NCBI GenBank assembly: GCA_963837175.1
Contig: CAWIMJ010000018.1
Coordinates: forward strand, 1 to 64,000
DNA: 64,000 nt
From: an uncultured Nitrososphaeraceae archaeon
GTDB taxonomy: Archaea > Thermoproteota > Nitrososphaeria > Nitrososphaerales > Nitrososphaeraceae
Reading direction: 5' to 3'
Positions 31,388-42,762 of this stretch are shown piece by piece (position 1 is the first letter of the stretch; each line of letters opens with the position of its first letter). The notes beneath the pieces are model-generated. The model had not been told where the DNA came from. It made no database searches and saw only the letters and a list, made by a program, of their open reading frames with translations. The translations under genes were made by a program, and so were the position numbers.

Positions 31388-32056
31388 TTATTTGATGTCC
31401 TTGTTCGTAATACCAGAAAACAATTTATCAAAAATAGATGTTTGTGCTTTTACTATGTTAATTGTACCTGTTGTCCAAGGATGAATTAAACACATATATC
31501 TGTAAACACCTTCTTCTGGAAAATTAATAGTTATATCAGATAAGGAATTATTTCTATTATTATTTGGAGAAATAATACCACTATTAAAAATTGTTGCAGA
31601 TTTATTTAATGTGATATTATTTTTCTGTGAAGTTAATAATTCGTTATTGTTTGTTAAAAGAAATTGTGTTTCAGGAGTTAATTTCGTCTTAAGATTAGTA
31701 TTATTTTTCTTCAAAAAGTTTGATAGGCTGTCTATCACATTTGAAGAATCATTAAATTTTGATAATTTAGTGATTAGTGATTCAGGCATAAAAGTTACAG
31801 TGTGAGGTTCTTTTAATTCATTAATCCATCGTATGGGCTCGCCTCCAACTTTAATAGTTAAGTTGTTAGGTAAAAATTCTAACGATTTAGTTCCATTGGA
31901 AAATTCTCTACCAGTAAATACATTTGATACAATTGCAATATGACCAAAATGGTTCCCATAGGCAATTCCAAAGCTAAAAGTAAGAAGGAGAGACAATAAT
32001 ATAGATAATATAGATACAAGTATTATCGTTGACATGTTTAAGTAAAATGAGATCAT
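31388..32056 (-). CDS. secreted plastocyanin-like cupredoxin with Thr at the axial position
   Basis: FLPNNLTIKVG, EPHTVTF, FNSGII and GVYRYMCLIHPWTTG motifs. Confidence 0.8.
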   Translation of the reverse strand: MISFYLNMSTIILVSILSILLSLLLTFSFGIAYGNHFGHIAIVSNVFTGREFSNGTKSLEFLPNNLTIKVGGEPIRWINELKEPHTVTFMPESLITKLSKFNDSSNVIDSLSNFLKKNNTNLKTKLTPETQFLLTNNNELLTSQKNNITLNKSATIFNSGIISPNNNRNNSLSDITINFPEEGVYRYMCLIHPWTTGTINIVKAQTSIFDKLFSGITNKDIK

Positions 32057-32566
32057 CTTTTATATTATTTTTTGTCTTATTTAGGTTCGGCTAACTTAAC
32101 TATTCATATTATTACAAAACCTGTGAACCTGACTCTCTGGTTATTTCCCACAGATATTAGATAACACAATCAGCTATGCATCATATATTTTGCTCTCAAA
32201 ATAGAATTATTATCTTGTTTTCTGCGGTTTTAGTGACCTCTTTCTTGATAGAGTTTTCTATTCCTTCTTCTTCTTCCTCTCTACAATCATCAGTAATACC
32301 TCTCTCATCTTACAATTCTTATCAATAAATAATGACACAGATAACTATAATGCCTTTTCAGGGTAATATTACCACTGCTACAACAATATAGTCATATTTG
32401 ACATATGAAAATCTCATTTAAAGAATAAGAATACCATATCCTTCTGACTGGGAAAAAATAGAATTTAACAAATAGGTAGTCTCCTTTATATTGTTGTTAT
32501 ATTTCGCTCACTACCAGAAAACGCTTATGAATATTATTATCGTGAAAATTAGATATTAAACAGAAA

Positions 32567-33739
32567 TTATAACAGCCACTCTATTACCCTACTCCTTTCA
32601 AAATCAAGTTTCTTTCTATATGATTCTTCTGAAGGTACCTCAAGCCTTGTACTTGGACCTGTTATATCATACAAGTCAGCAGCCAAAAAACCTGCTTTTT
32701 TATTTCCTATTTCCATAAAACAAAAACCTCTACCATCGAATTTTACATTATGTGATTGATTTGTAATTTCATCAATAATTTGATAGCTAACTGACTTTGC
32801 TTGACCTTCTGCAAAAATTCCAGCTTTTGGAATAATGGCCGTTTGGTCAATCTTGATTTCTGTTACGTCTCCTATTGCAAAAACATTTTCATATTTTGTT
32901 TTAAGACTAAATTTATCAACATCAATCCAATTTTGCTCCTCTTTTATCAAGCCAGAACTTTTTATAACTGTAGGAACTTTGTGCGGTGGAATTCCTATTA
33001 GCAAATCATAATTTGTCTTATTTCCATTTTCAAATTCTATTATTTTTTTGTCTACCACTTCTTTTAATTTATGCAGCGGATGAAAGTTAATATGGTTATC
33101 ATTAAGCAAGTTAACAATATCTTGACTTAATTTTGGTCCAGCTACAGGTAATGCAATTGCACTAGGTGTATAGAAATCAATATCAATAGAATCTCTCGTT
33201 CCATTTTTAACTAAAATGTCGTTGATAAGTAAAGATGCTTCATATGGAGCTGGTGGACATTTATAAGGAATATTTGTTATACAGATTGCTATACGTTGAT
33301 TTTTTAATGCAACTATTTTTTCTCTTAATTTTGGAATTTGCTCAGCGTCATAAAGATTAAATCCTCCATTGCTTATAAATCCCCTAATATCTTCTGCTGC
33401 AAGTTCTGCACCTAATGCTATTATCAAATAATCATATTCTAATTTATTATTTGATCTGGTTCTAATGCTTTTCTGCAAGACATCGATTGCCGTTACTTCG
33501 TCATTCAAAAAGGTTATTTCTTTATTTTCTAATTTATTCAACGCAACCTGAGAGTCTTCCAAACTTCTAATTCCACTCAGAATCCATAAGTTTACAAGTC
33601 CCATCATAAAAAATTCCTTTTTATCAACAACTACAATTCGATGCTCGGGTGAAAGATTTCTTCGCAATAAATTAGCAGCGGTCAATCCTCCAAAACCTGA
33701 TCCTAAGATTAAAATACGTTTTCCTGCAGATGTAGTCAA
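32567..33739 (-). CDS. sulfide:quinone oxidoreductase-like FAD-dependent oxidoreductase
   Basis: GSGFGG, YDYLIIALG, PYKCPPAPYE, VFAIGD, PKAG and G.CFME motifs. Confidence 0.85.
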   Translation of the reverse strand: MTTSAGKRILILGSGFGGLTAANLLRRNLSPEHRIVVVDKKEFFMMGLVNLWILSGIRSLEDSQVALNKLENKEITFLNDEVTAIDVLQKSIRTRSNNKLEYDYLIIALGAELAAEDIRGFISNGGFNLYDAEQIPKLREKIVALKNQRIAICITNIPYKCPPAPYEASLLINDILVKNGTRDSIDIDFYTPSAIALPVAGPKLSQDIVNLLNDNHINFHPLHKLKEVVDKKIIEFENGNKTNYDLLIGIPPHKVPTVIKSSGLIKEEQNWIDVDKFSLKTKYENVFAIGDVTEIKIDQTAIIPKAGIFAEGQAKSVSYQIIDEITNQSHNVKFDGRGFCFMEIGNKKAGFLAADLYDITGPSTRLEVPSEESYRKKLDFERSRVIEWLL

Positions 33740-33896
33740 ATAATACTATCCGCATGATGATTGAAGCTCACGTAAAAAGATTGTTGTGTTTTAAGAATAC
33801 TAAAAAGGTAACAGTGGCAAAAAAGTATTATCAAAGAACCACCCTCCTTTATTTGATATGTATGTATCTGAGCCAAAAGCCATTGATGTGTTTATT

Positions 33897-34052
33897 TCAG
33901 CGTCCATGGCCTGTCAGTATATGATCCTTAAATGTGTCAACAACAAATCCATTGTCTTCTAAGGCCATTTCAAAAACTAAAGTATTATCAAATTCATTAT
34001 CTACAAACAATATTCTCTTATTACTATTCTTCATCGTTACTAACTTATTCAT
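33897..34052 (-). pseudogene. truncated receiver domain directly downstream of the kinase
   Basis: MNKLVTMKNSNKRILFVDNEFDNTLVFEMALEDNGFVVDTFKD, then stops before the phospho-Asp; homologous to 27738. Confidence 0.75.
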
Positions 34053-34055
34053 ACT

Positions 34056-35693
34056 CTATTGTGCGTGTTGCTGAAAGATCCAGGGTAGGCTAAATGCAAA
34101 CGTAGCTCCTTTTTCTTCTTTATTACCTGTAATAGTGTTATTATTTTCTGCCCACATCTTACCGCCGTGTGCTTCGATAATACTTTTAGAGATAAATAAC
34201 CCTAATCCAGTACCGCCTGTCTGAGATTTAGTAGCGAACTTTCTAAAAAGTTTCGGCAACATCTCTGGATGTATACCTGTTCCTGTATCCTTTATGCTAA
34301 CAACAATATTTTTGTCATTATCTTTTCTTTCTACAATAACAGTGATGCTACCATTATTTGTGAACTTAATAGCATTACATAACAAATTATTAACAACTTG
34401 ATACAGCCTACTTCTATCAGCCTCTATAATTATTGCATCATTCTCTCGAGATTCATAAGATAACTTTATACTGCTTCTATTCTTGATCTTTTGCTCGTAA
34501 TCACTAAAGATCTCTGTTATCATTTCTTTTAGATTGAACTTTTCTTTCTTTAAAACTAAAGATCCACTTTCGATTTTTGAAAGATCTAATATATCTTCTG
34601 TAATTTGCTGCAGTCTTTTTGAGTTTCTAACAATAATATCTAGAAGCTCCTCTTCTTTGTCTACGTTTATCACGGGACTCTTACTACTGTTTCCTCTGAT
34701 CTTTCTGAAGAGCAGGAGTTCAGATAGTGTAAGTATGGGCTGTATAGGGGTTCGGAGTTCATGTGCCGCCACATTTATGAATTCATCCTTTAATTGATCT
34801 TTATGTTTTAGTTCTTCATTTGCATTTTCCAGTTTCTTTGTTAATTCATTTTGTTTTTTGATATAGTTCTTTATAGAGTTCACCATAGAATTGAAGGACT
34901 CACTTAGAACTGAAAGTTCATCATTACCTCTGCTTTTAACTGATACTTCAAGATTTCCTCTCCTTACTTCGGACGTTGCTGTAGTTAGAGCAAATATTGG
35001 TTTTAATATCTTCATAACAAGGTAAAGCACAACAGCAGCAACTGAAATATTTAAAATCGCAAAGATCCTTTGCAGAACCATTGAATTCCGTGAAATATTT
35101 CCTGCATACTCTGCTAATTTTGTAACCAATGCATTTGATGAATCTACTAAAGATAATGCATTTGTTTCTAATGTTGTTTTCATAACTTTGTCTATTGCAG
35201 CTGTTGTTATTGTTGCTGCTGCAGGGTTAATTTTTTCATTTGGTTTGATTATATTGTTTGCTAAGATTGTTTTTAGTGACACCCATTTCTGATAAATTAT
35301 ATTCCAATCATAAAAAAATTCTGATGGCAACGGTTTTAGCTCTATATTTGATACCTTTCCGCCTTGTCTTAATGCCAAGATGTTTGATTCCAGTTGGTCC
35401 ATTGCAGAGTTGATTTTAGAAACATGAGTGATTTTAGAAACATCACTACTACCCGCCAAAAAATATTCTGACATATGAATCATAAGATTAGAGGTAAGAA
35501 ACCTATTCTTTCCTGCAATATTTATTGAATTTCCTAAATAAGTTCCTAGCGATTCGTAATAAGAGAGTATACTAAAACTAGTAATAATAAAAATAATTTG
35601 AATAACGACTAATACTCCTATTTTTTGGCCTATTTTAGAACGTATCAATCTAAAAGCATTAGCGTTATACTTCAACATTGACGATATATACAA
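34056..35693 (-). CDS. membrane sensor histidine kinase (PilJ/NarX-like sensor, HAMP, HisKA, HATPase)
   Basis: Two TMs; SINIAGKNRFLTS after TM1; HAMP DEL..L..SFN.M; AAHELRTP; NAIKF; DTGTG; GTGLGL. Confidence 0.92.
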   Translation of the reverse strand: MYISSMLKYNANAFRLIRSKIGQKIGVLVVIQIIFIITSFSILSYYESLGTYLGNSINIAGKNRFLTSNLMIHMSEYFLAGSSDVSKITHVSKINSAMDQLESNILALRQGGKVSNIELKPLPSEFFYDWNIIYQKWVSLKTILANNIIKPNEKINPAAATITTAAIDKVMKTTLETNALSLVDSSNALVTKLAEYAGNISRNSMVLQRIFAILNISVAAVVLYLVMKILKPIFALTTATSEVRRGNLEVSVKSRGNDELSVLSESFNSMVNSIKNYIKKQNELTKKLENANEELKHKDQLKDEFINVAAHELRTPIQPILTLSELLLFRKIRGNSSKSPVINVDKEEELLDIIVRNSKRLQQITEDILDLSKIESGSLVLKKEKFNLKEMITEIFSDYEQKIKNRSSIKLSYESRENDAIIIEADRSRLYQVVNNLLCNAIKFTNNGSITVIVERKDNDKNIVVSIKDTGTGIHPEMLPKLFRKFATKSQTGGTGLGLFISKSIIEAHGGKMWAENNNTITGNKEEKGATFAFSLPWIFQQHAQ

Positions 35694-35989
35694 TGAAGAT
35701 ATATTTCAATGTATTAAGATCATAGGTTAGAACTAAAGCCCCCAAAATAACTACATCCTCTGTTTCAAGCCAGATTTATACGTCTTTCATTATGGAATCT
35801 TCGGAATAATATTACTCTGTCATAGATAATGAGGTGTTTTTACACTCGTATCCATAATTGTAAGAAAGTTTTGATCCACCTGAATTATAGACGTAAGGAC
35901 ATAAATAAACTTCCCTATCGTTCTGTTATTAATTAACGATATTAAATACAACCTATGAAGATCGATATATACCCATTTCATGAATAGAG

Positions 35990-36412
35990 TTATCCCTTAT
36001 TATCTAATTGTAGAGCGACAGAATTTATGCAGTATCTGTTGCCTGTAGGATTAGGGCTATCATTAAATACATGTCCCAAATGTGCTCCGCATTTGCTGCA
36101 CATAACTTCTGTTATATGCATGCCATAACTCAAGTCTGATTTTTTGTCAACGTTTTCCTCTCTGGTTGACTGAGTGAAGCTTGGCCAGCCAGTTCTGAAT
36201 CGAATTTGTCATCTGAACTGAACAATTCATTACCACAGCATACACACTTCTATGTTCCCTTCTCTTTGAAATTAACATACTCTCCTGAAAATGGTAGTTC
36301 TGTTCCCTTTCTCCTACATACTTCATATTGCTCGGGGGTTATTTTTCTTCCATTCTTTATCTGTCTTGATCCTGTGTTCGACCTTCGACCATTTATTGCT
36401 ATCACCACTCAT
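35990..36412 (-). pseudogene. msrB: methionine-R-sulfoxide reductase, inactivated
   Basis: [47 protein letters not shown] and RYCINS motifs with frameshifts and an in-frame TAG; start overlaps the msrA stop (TAATG). Confidence 0.88.
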
Positions 36413-36945
36413 TAACTCCTCATACTATAGACAGGATAACAGCTTCCACCGCCTCTCTTTTGATAATATTTTTGGTGGTATTCCTCAGCTTTGTAAAAGG
36501 TAGAAGATGGCAAAATTTCTGTTACAATGTTCCTTCCTTTAAATTGTCCCGATCTCTCTAAATCCTCCTTTGACTTTTTTGCCAGTAACTCCTGTTCTGA
36601 AGAATGATATGCAATAATAGAACGATATTGTGATCCAATATCTGGACCTTGTCTATTTTTAGTTGTAGGATCATGAATGAACCAGAATATATCAAGAAGT
36701 TGTTGATATGAAACTTCGTTTGGATCAAATTGAACCTGCACAGCTTCCGCGTGACCAGTTTTATCGGTACACACATTTCTATATGTAGGTTTTTCTAACC
36801 AACCTCCAGTATAACCAACCATCGTTGACTTGACACCTTTTTGTTGTTGAAAAGCTTCTTCAACTCCCCAGAAACATCCTGCTGCAAATGTAGCTATCTG
36901 CAGGTTCTTCTGTATGTTTGGTTGAAGAATCTCCTTCTCAATCAT
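36412..36945 (-). CDS. msrA: peptide methionine-S-sulfoxide reductase
   Basis: [24 protein letters not shown] and AEEYHQKY motifs. Confidence 0.96.
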   Translation of the reverse strand: MIEKEILQPNIQKNLQIATFAAGCFWGVEEAFQQQKGVKSTMVGYTGGWLEKPTYRNVCTDKTGHAEAVQVQFDPNEVSYQQLLDIFWFIHDPTTKNRQGPDIGSQYRSIIAYHSSEQELLAKKSKEDLERSGQFKGRNIVTEILPSSTFYKAEEYHQKYYQKRGGGSCYPVYSMRS

Positions 36946-37344
36946 GTTACTATTAACTATACATTTTATCGTTATATGCTTTTTTCCAAGTTATTTTAGA
37001 TCGTTCTATCGCGAATATTCAATTATGTAACAGTCTGGATTGCGATAACCATTGGTTCATTTATGTAGGTTAGCTATGACTCTAAAGATGATACTTATTA
37101 TGTGTTGTTGCTTATGCATTACTCATATTTTTGGCCTTCTTTATTTTCTGATTATCAAATAATTCAATCTAGTTTCTAATTCTTTCTCCCTACGTCCTCC
37201 CTCAGTCTATTTGGTATTTTAAACCTCATTTTAGACTGGCCAGCTACAGCTCATAAATTGAAGGAATGACCAAACAATTACAACAATAAAAATAGAACAA
37301 ATAATACATGATAGGATTGAAGAAACAAAGCAGAAAATGTGTGA

Positions 37345-37466
37345 GTTTCATAAGGGATCCTCTTTTAACTATCTAATTTCAAAATTGATTTATATGACCT
37401 TGTTACTCTTCGCATCAATATTCCAAAGATGAATGGCTATAAATTATAGAGAGGAAATAAGGAGTC
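37345..37466 (+). pseudogene. receiver-domain fragment
   Basis: DPLL..SNFKIDLYDLV..NIPKMNGYKL*REIR resembles the middle of 27738. Confidence 0.5.
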
Positions 37467-37568
37467 AATTCCCTCTTGTATTCACAAGTCTTCTATTGTT
37501 ATATTTTATTTTAATAACCACAACTAAAACATTTAATTACACTAATGATAAGGGGGTAATTACAATAA

Positions 37569-40022
37569 TTGGCATCAGAACCTAGTCACCGAAGTAATGC
37601 CAATGATGTATCACAAACACCATTGCCAGAACACCTGCACGAGCGTCAATTAGTCCGCACTCTGGGTCTTGTTGACGTTGTTATGATTGGTATAGCTGGC
37701 ATGATTGGCGGAGCTATTTTTGTTCTTGTTGGTCCAGCAATAGGTCTTGCCGGAAGCGCTGTTATTATTGCGTTTATAATTAATGGAATAATCACACTGT
37801 TCACCGCTATGGGTTATGCAGAACTGGGTTCTGCTATGCCAGAGGCTGGCGGTGGTTATCTGTGGGTTAGGGAAGGACTACCACGTCCTAATGCTTTTAT
37901 TAGTGGTTGGATGGCATGGTTTGCACATATTGTTGCTGGAAGTCTATATGCTGTAGGATACGGTTCTTTTCAATTTAGCTTATTGCATATGTTAGGAATA
38001 GTTGGAGACCAGCCTCTTCTGGGAATTATTCCTTTGGATAAACTAATAGCTGTAGTTTCAATAGCTGCTTTTGCTTATGTTAATATCAGAGGAGCATCAG
38101 AGACAGGTAAACTTGGGATAATAGTCACCGTCATCCAACTTGGAACAATTTTTGCATTAATAGCTGCTGGATTTTTGTCCATAAGTAACAATCCTAATTG
38201 GAATTCTAACATGATCAGCAACTTTGCTCCTATTGGAATAGGTGGAATTGTTGCTGCCATGGGTTTGACTTTCATTGCTTTTGAAGGTTATGAGATAATT
38301 GTACAGACTGGTGAGGAAGTAAAGAATCCAAAGAAGAACATACCAAGAGCAATTTTCATTTCTTTAACACTTGTTGTATTATTGTATTGTCTTGTTGCGT
38401 TTGTGTCTATAGCAGCAATTTCTCCTCAAGACACAGGTGGTATTTATGCATGGAAATTCATAGGTCAAAATGGTGATTTAGGAATAAGTAAAGCGGCTGA
38501 ATTGTTTTTACCTTATGGATCTCTTATCATTCTTGCTGGTGGTATCGTATCTAGTTTAGCTGCATTGAATGCTACTACCTACTCTTCAGCCAGAGTCGCA
38601 TTTGCCATGGGTCGACACTATAATTTACCATATCAGCTAAGCGAAATTCATCATAAATTCAAAACTCCATACATTGCTACAATAATATCATCTATAATAA
38701 TGGCGGTTATGGCTTATGCACTTCCACTTACTGATATAGCTTTGGCTTCTGGTGTCATATTTTTGCTATTATTTACACAGGTAAACATTTCAGTCATTAC
38801 TATAAGAAGAATGTATGGAGATAAGCTTCATTATGGATTTAAGACTCCTTTCTTTCCTGTTATACCTATAGTAGGAGTCTTTTTGAAGTTAGGGCTTGCA
38901 ATTTATCTTTTAATTACACAGCCTCTAAGTTGGGTTATCAGTCTATTATGGATTGCAATAGGATTTGCTGTATACAGGATCTATACTTTTAGAAAAGAAA
39001 TTGAACACTATTCACCAATAATAACAAGTGAAGGAGATCTAACAAGAAAAGACTTCAGAATCTTAATCCCATACACTCCAGAAAATCCTGATAGGTTAAC
39101 AAAATATGCTATTAGAGTTGCAAAGGAAAATGATGGAGAAATTAACATCTTAAGAGTTATAACAGTGCCACACCAAACACCTCTATCTGCAGGAATTGCC
39201 TTCACAGAATCTGCAGCAAAAGCTTTTGAGCCATTAGAAAAAATATTAGATAAAGAAAACATACTAAACCATTACTTTGTAAGGATTTCACATGATACAA
39301 CTGAAGCTATATTATCAACAATTGCAGAGCAGAAAATTGATCTTTTAATTACAGACTATGAAGCCCTAAGGACTAACAAAGCCTTACAGACGCTTGCAAC
39401 TTGCAATATGCTTGCTGTTATGACACGTGGAGGTAGTGATGAGGAACTTGTACTTGAAGATTCAATTGCAAAAGGAAAAGGAAGAGTAGGAGAAGGGAGG
39501 GAACAAGTAGTAGGAACCCCATTTGAAAGTAGGAAGAAAAATTTGGTTGTCTTGTATGATGGTGGCGACCATTCAGATATGGTATTGAAGACAGCCAGTT
39601 GGCTAGAACATTCTGGAAAATTTAAAGTATCTGTATTGTCAATAAAGAAGAAAGAAGAAAAAGAACATATAGGTTACAGCAGAATTGATAACCAAGATAT
39701 AAAGAACAGAAAAGAGAAAGAAAAAGAACAGCATGTGCAGTATTTAGAGCAGATTGGTGTAGAATTCGTTGAGGTTTTTGTGTCAGAAAACACACAAAAC
39801 AGTGATGTAAAGTTTTCCCAGTTGATTTTATCTTCAATTAATGCTTCTCAGCCAGATTTAGTAGTAGTGGGCAAAAGAATTGCTAAGTTTAGTGTTTTTG
39901 ATAATCAATATTTTGTATCAATGCTATATAGACTAAATTGTCCGGTTATTGTTACAAGAAGTTTTGTTATTCCCGGTATAAGTCGAATAAGAGCTGCTCT
40001 TATGAAAACTATCCATAGATAA
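37569..40022 (+). CDS. APC-family amino acid permease with C-terminal USP-like domains
   Basis: GMIGGAIF, YAELGSAMPEAGGGY and FIAFEGYE..GEEVKNP motifs; soluble tail with ILIP and CPVIV USP-like strands. Confidence 0.92.
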   Translation: MASEPSHRSNANDVSQTPLPEHLHERQLVRTLGLVDVVMIGIAGMIGGAIFVLVGPAIGLAGSAVIIAFIINGIITLFTAMGYAELGSAMPEAGGGYLWVREGLPRPNAFISGWMAWFAHIVAGSLYAVGYGSFQFSLLHMLGIVGDQPLLGIIPLDKLIAVVSIAAFAYVNIRGASETGKLGIIVTVIQLGTIFALIAAGFLSISNNPNWNSNMISNFAPIGIGGIVAAMGLTFIAFEGYEIIVQTGEEVKNPKKNIPRAIFISLTLVVLLYCLVAFVSIAAISPQDTGGIYAWKFIGQNGDLGISKAAELFLPYGSLIILAGGIVSSLAALNATTYSSARVAFAMGRHYNLPYQLSEIHHKFKTPYIATIISSIIMAVMAYALPLTDIALASGVIFLLLFTQVNISVITIRRMYGDKLHYGFKTPFFPVIPIVGVFLKLGLAIYLLITQPLSWVISLLWIAIGFAVYRIYTFRKEIEHYSPIITSEGDLTRKDFRILIPYTPENPDRLTKYAIRVAKENDGEINILRVITVPHQTPLSAGIAFTESAAKAFEPLEKILDKENILNHYFVRISHDTTEAILSTIAEQKIDLLITDYEALRTNKALQTLATCNMLAVMTRGGSDEELVLEDSIAKGKGRVGEGREQVVGTPFESRKKNLVVLYDGGDHSDMVLKTASWLEHSGKFKVSVLSIKKKEEKEHIGYSRIDNQDIKNRKEKEKEQHVQYLEQIGVEFVEVFVSENTQNSDVKFSQLILSSINASQPDLVVVGKRIAKFSVFDNQYFVSMLYRLNCPVIVTRSFVIPGISRIRAALMKTIHR

Positions 40023-40183
40023 TACGCAAACGTGAAATTAGCAGAGTTGCAATGTAAAGAGTCTGATTTGTCTTTCTCTCTCACATTCCACAGCCTTTTT
40101 AATTCATATGAATGATAAATAATAATACTACACGAAAATCATATAAATACTGCATTGTTACTTGTTTAGTGTTTGTTCGTTTG

Positions 40184-40657
40184 TTACTTCGACTTTATAG
40201 TTAATACTGGGCAATGAGCATATAGTACTATATCAGATGCGACGCTACCAATTAGCAGGCTTTTGAGCTTAGATCTACCTCTTATTCCTGTAATAATTAA
40301 ATCAATATGTTTATCTTTAGCATAACTCACAACAGCATCAGCAATCCTAACAGAGGCAATAATCTCTGTTCTTATTCTTAAACTATTTTCCTTCTTACTA
40401 TCTTCTTCATGTATTTTTTCTGTAATTTTAACAAAATAAGCTTGTGCCTCTTTCCTCATCCCAATTATATGGCTTGGAGGATTTATACTATGCAAATTGG
40501 TATCAGCTCTAATAACATGTAGAATAACTAATTGTGCATCATAGTCTTGAGCAATATTTATTGCATAATCTACTACTCTATCCGTAGTAGATGTCGTTAA
40601 TTCATCTATAGCTAGAAGTATTTTGGAAAATGTTTTTCTTTCAATTATTTTATCCAT
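40184..40657 (-). CDS. universal stress protein
   Basis: FSKILLAID; DLIITGIRGRS..LIGSVA..AHCPVL. Confidence 0.93.
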   Translation of the reverse strand: MDKIIERKTFSKILLAIDELTTSTTDRVVDYAINIAQDYDAQLVILHVIRADTNLHSINPPSHIIGMRKEAQAYFVKITEKIHEEDSKKENSLRIRTEIIASVRIADAVVSYAKDKHIDLIITGIRGRSKLKSLLIGSVASDIVLYAHCPVLTIKSK

Positions 40658-41133
40658 TATTATTATTTCTAGTTTTATTTATATGCGTGCTTTCTAAAAA
40701 GTGATTCTCAAAGTAATTCCTTTAATACCCAGTAAAATAACAGATTAGTGGACCTTTCTATGGAAGACAGTAAAAATAATATTAAAGAAATTTTTATTCA
40801 GTTATAAGTATCGTCTAGGTTAATAATAATACTAGTCCCGTATCTTCAAAGCTCAAGTAGTTTACACTGTTTCCATTAGCAGAGAATTGTTTTAATTTCT
40901 GGTATGTAATTGAGTCAAGTCTGAATATCACATCCCAGCGCCTAATAATCAAATATGTCTTGAAGTGTACTTTAACTTATACAATGTCGGTAAAAGAAAA
41001 AGGGCTAAATATAAAAAAACAAGATCCCTATATATGCGGGGAATTAATCCCACTGAACCTGGAGAGTTTTCTATAACTCTAGACTATTTTAAAATTTGCA
41101 ATCACTATTGAATAAAATATTTTTTAAATGTTG

Positions 41134-42762
41134 TTATTGCTGTTGTACTATGGATTGAGGATATTTTTTCCATGTGGATTCATAGCCTTCTTTTATTAAT
41201 TTCTTAATCGTGTCTGATGTAAAGTCACCAATTTTACCAGAAATAGTATCAGTATTATCTCTACGTTCTATACTTTCTAGTTTGGTTATTTCAAATTGTG
41301 TTTTTATAATGTCTATGTATTTTTTTGGTATTTCGGTTGTTGTATCTATGCTAGTGATATAATTCTGTAGAATATTATTAATTTCTTTTTTTAATTCATA
41401 GTTGTTCTTTCCATTTCGGAGTTGAATAAGTTTCTCAATCAAATGTATATAATGTGTAATAAGTATAGATTCGTTGACATAGTACTGGTCATGTGATTTA
41501 ATGTCCGCGTGTCTTTCAGTTATTCCATCAGGATCAGAGGGAACGACTTTATCATCAGAATGCCACAGATTTACTATATATAATTCCAAATCTGGCACTT
41601 TAAGGCTTGCTTCATCTAATATTGAATCCTCCAGATCTTTTGAACCTATCTTATATTCCCAAAATTCTTTGTGGGCTTGGATTGTCTCTCTTATAGGTGT
41701 ATTACTTAGTATCCCTCCGTCCCAAAACTTCCGTCCATTTATTTCTTCATAATCATAAAATTCTGGCAATGATGCACTTGCCATCACGTGTTGTATTTTA
41801 AGACCCTCATTATATTCTATGACTATTGGCCCTTGAATAAAATCTCCATAAACTGTTTTTCGAATCTCTGTCCCATTTAGATCTTTATCTTTTTCATAGC
41901 TGTCAAATGCTACTGTTGTACCTTGTGCTACATCAGTACTTACTACAAGTAACCTAGGCTCCCCTTTATCGTAATTAGTTGCTATAGGAAATTTTACAAA
42001 CTTTTCTATACTTTTTTGTAAGGGCTGCTTGTTATACAACATTCTTTTATTTTGTTGATCAAAGAATTTCTCATCTTCTTTAGGTGGCAGTATTGGAGAA
42101 TATACCTTGTCTGCTCCTGACTTTAAAAATTCTTTTACAGAATAATATCTTCTGGCGGCCTCTGCTGAGGCAGCACTAGGATTATTTTTATCGAATTCTT
42201 TTTTCCAATTAGCTGAAATTTTGGTGATATCAGGAGTAGGAGAAGAGAGATATTCCCAAAATTCTACAAGTTTTTCTGCTGAACCCTTCCATGTTTTATT
42301 CTCACTAGCATAACTTACTAGCAGGGCAGCGTTTATTGCACCAATTGAAGTACCGGCAACTATATCAAATAATGGTCTTCTCTCATTTCCATTTTCTTTA
42401 TCTTCTCTTGTAAGCTTTTCATACAATGCTTTGAAAGCACCTGCTTGAAAAGCTCCGAGTGCTCCACCCCCTTGTAGAATAAGAGCCCTCATTTTCTTTT
42501 TCTTCTTATATATACTACGATCAGTAGGATTCTGCAATCTTACATTTTCTCTCGTTTGATCATCTTCTTTGGTTATCCATGAATTCCAAAGAGTATCTGA
42601 GCATAATTCAGACATTTTTTGTGAATATGCGCCGAATTCTTTGTATATTTCTATCCATGCTCTCGCAGATTGTTGATGCCAAAAAGACATACTTTTCGTG
42701 AGAAAAGGATTAAGCAGAGAGCTATTGAAGATATTCCTATTATTATTACTATTATTATCCAT
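41134..42762 (-). CDS. patatin-like phospholipase with N-terminal extension
   Basis: LQGGGALGAFQAG, GTSIG, ASASLP and WDGGILSNTP motifs. Confidence 0.92.
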   Translation of the reverse strand: MDNNSNNNRNIFNSSLLNPFLTKSMSFWHQQSARAWIEIYKEFGAYSQKMSELCSDTLWNSWITKEDDQTRENVRLQNPTDRSIYKKKKKMRALILQGGGALGAFQAGAFKALYEKLTREDKENGNERRPLFDIVAGTSIGAINAALLVSYASENKTWKGSAEKLVEFWEYLSSPTPDITKISANWKKEFDKNNPSAASAEAARRYYSVKEFLKSGADKVYSPILPPKEDEKFFDQQNKRMLYNKQPLQKSIEKFVKFPIATNYDKGEPRLLVVSTDVAQGTTVAFDSYEKDKDLNGTEIRKTVYGDFIQGPIVIEYNEGLKIQHVMASASLPEFYDYEEINGRKFWDGGILSNTPIRETIQAHKEFWEYKIGSKDLEDSILDEASLKVPDLELYIVNLWHSDDKVVPSDPDGITERHADIKSHDQYYVNESILITHYIHLIEKLIQLRNGKNNYELKKEINNILQNYITSIDTTTEIPKKYIDIIKTQFEITKLESIERRDNTDTISGKIGDFTSDTIKKLIKEGYESTWKKYPQSIVQQQ

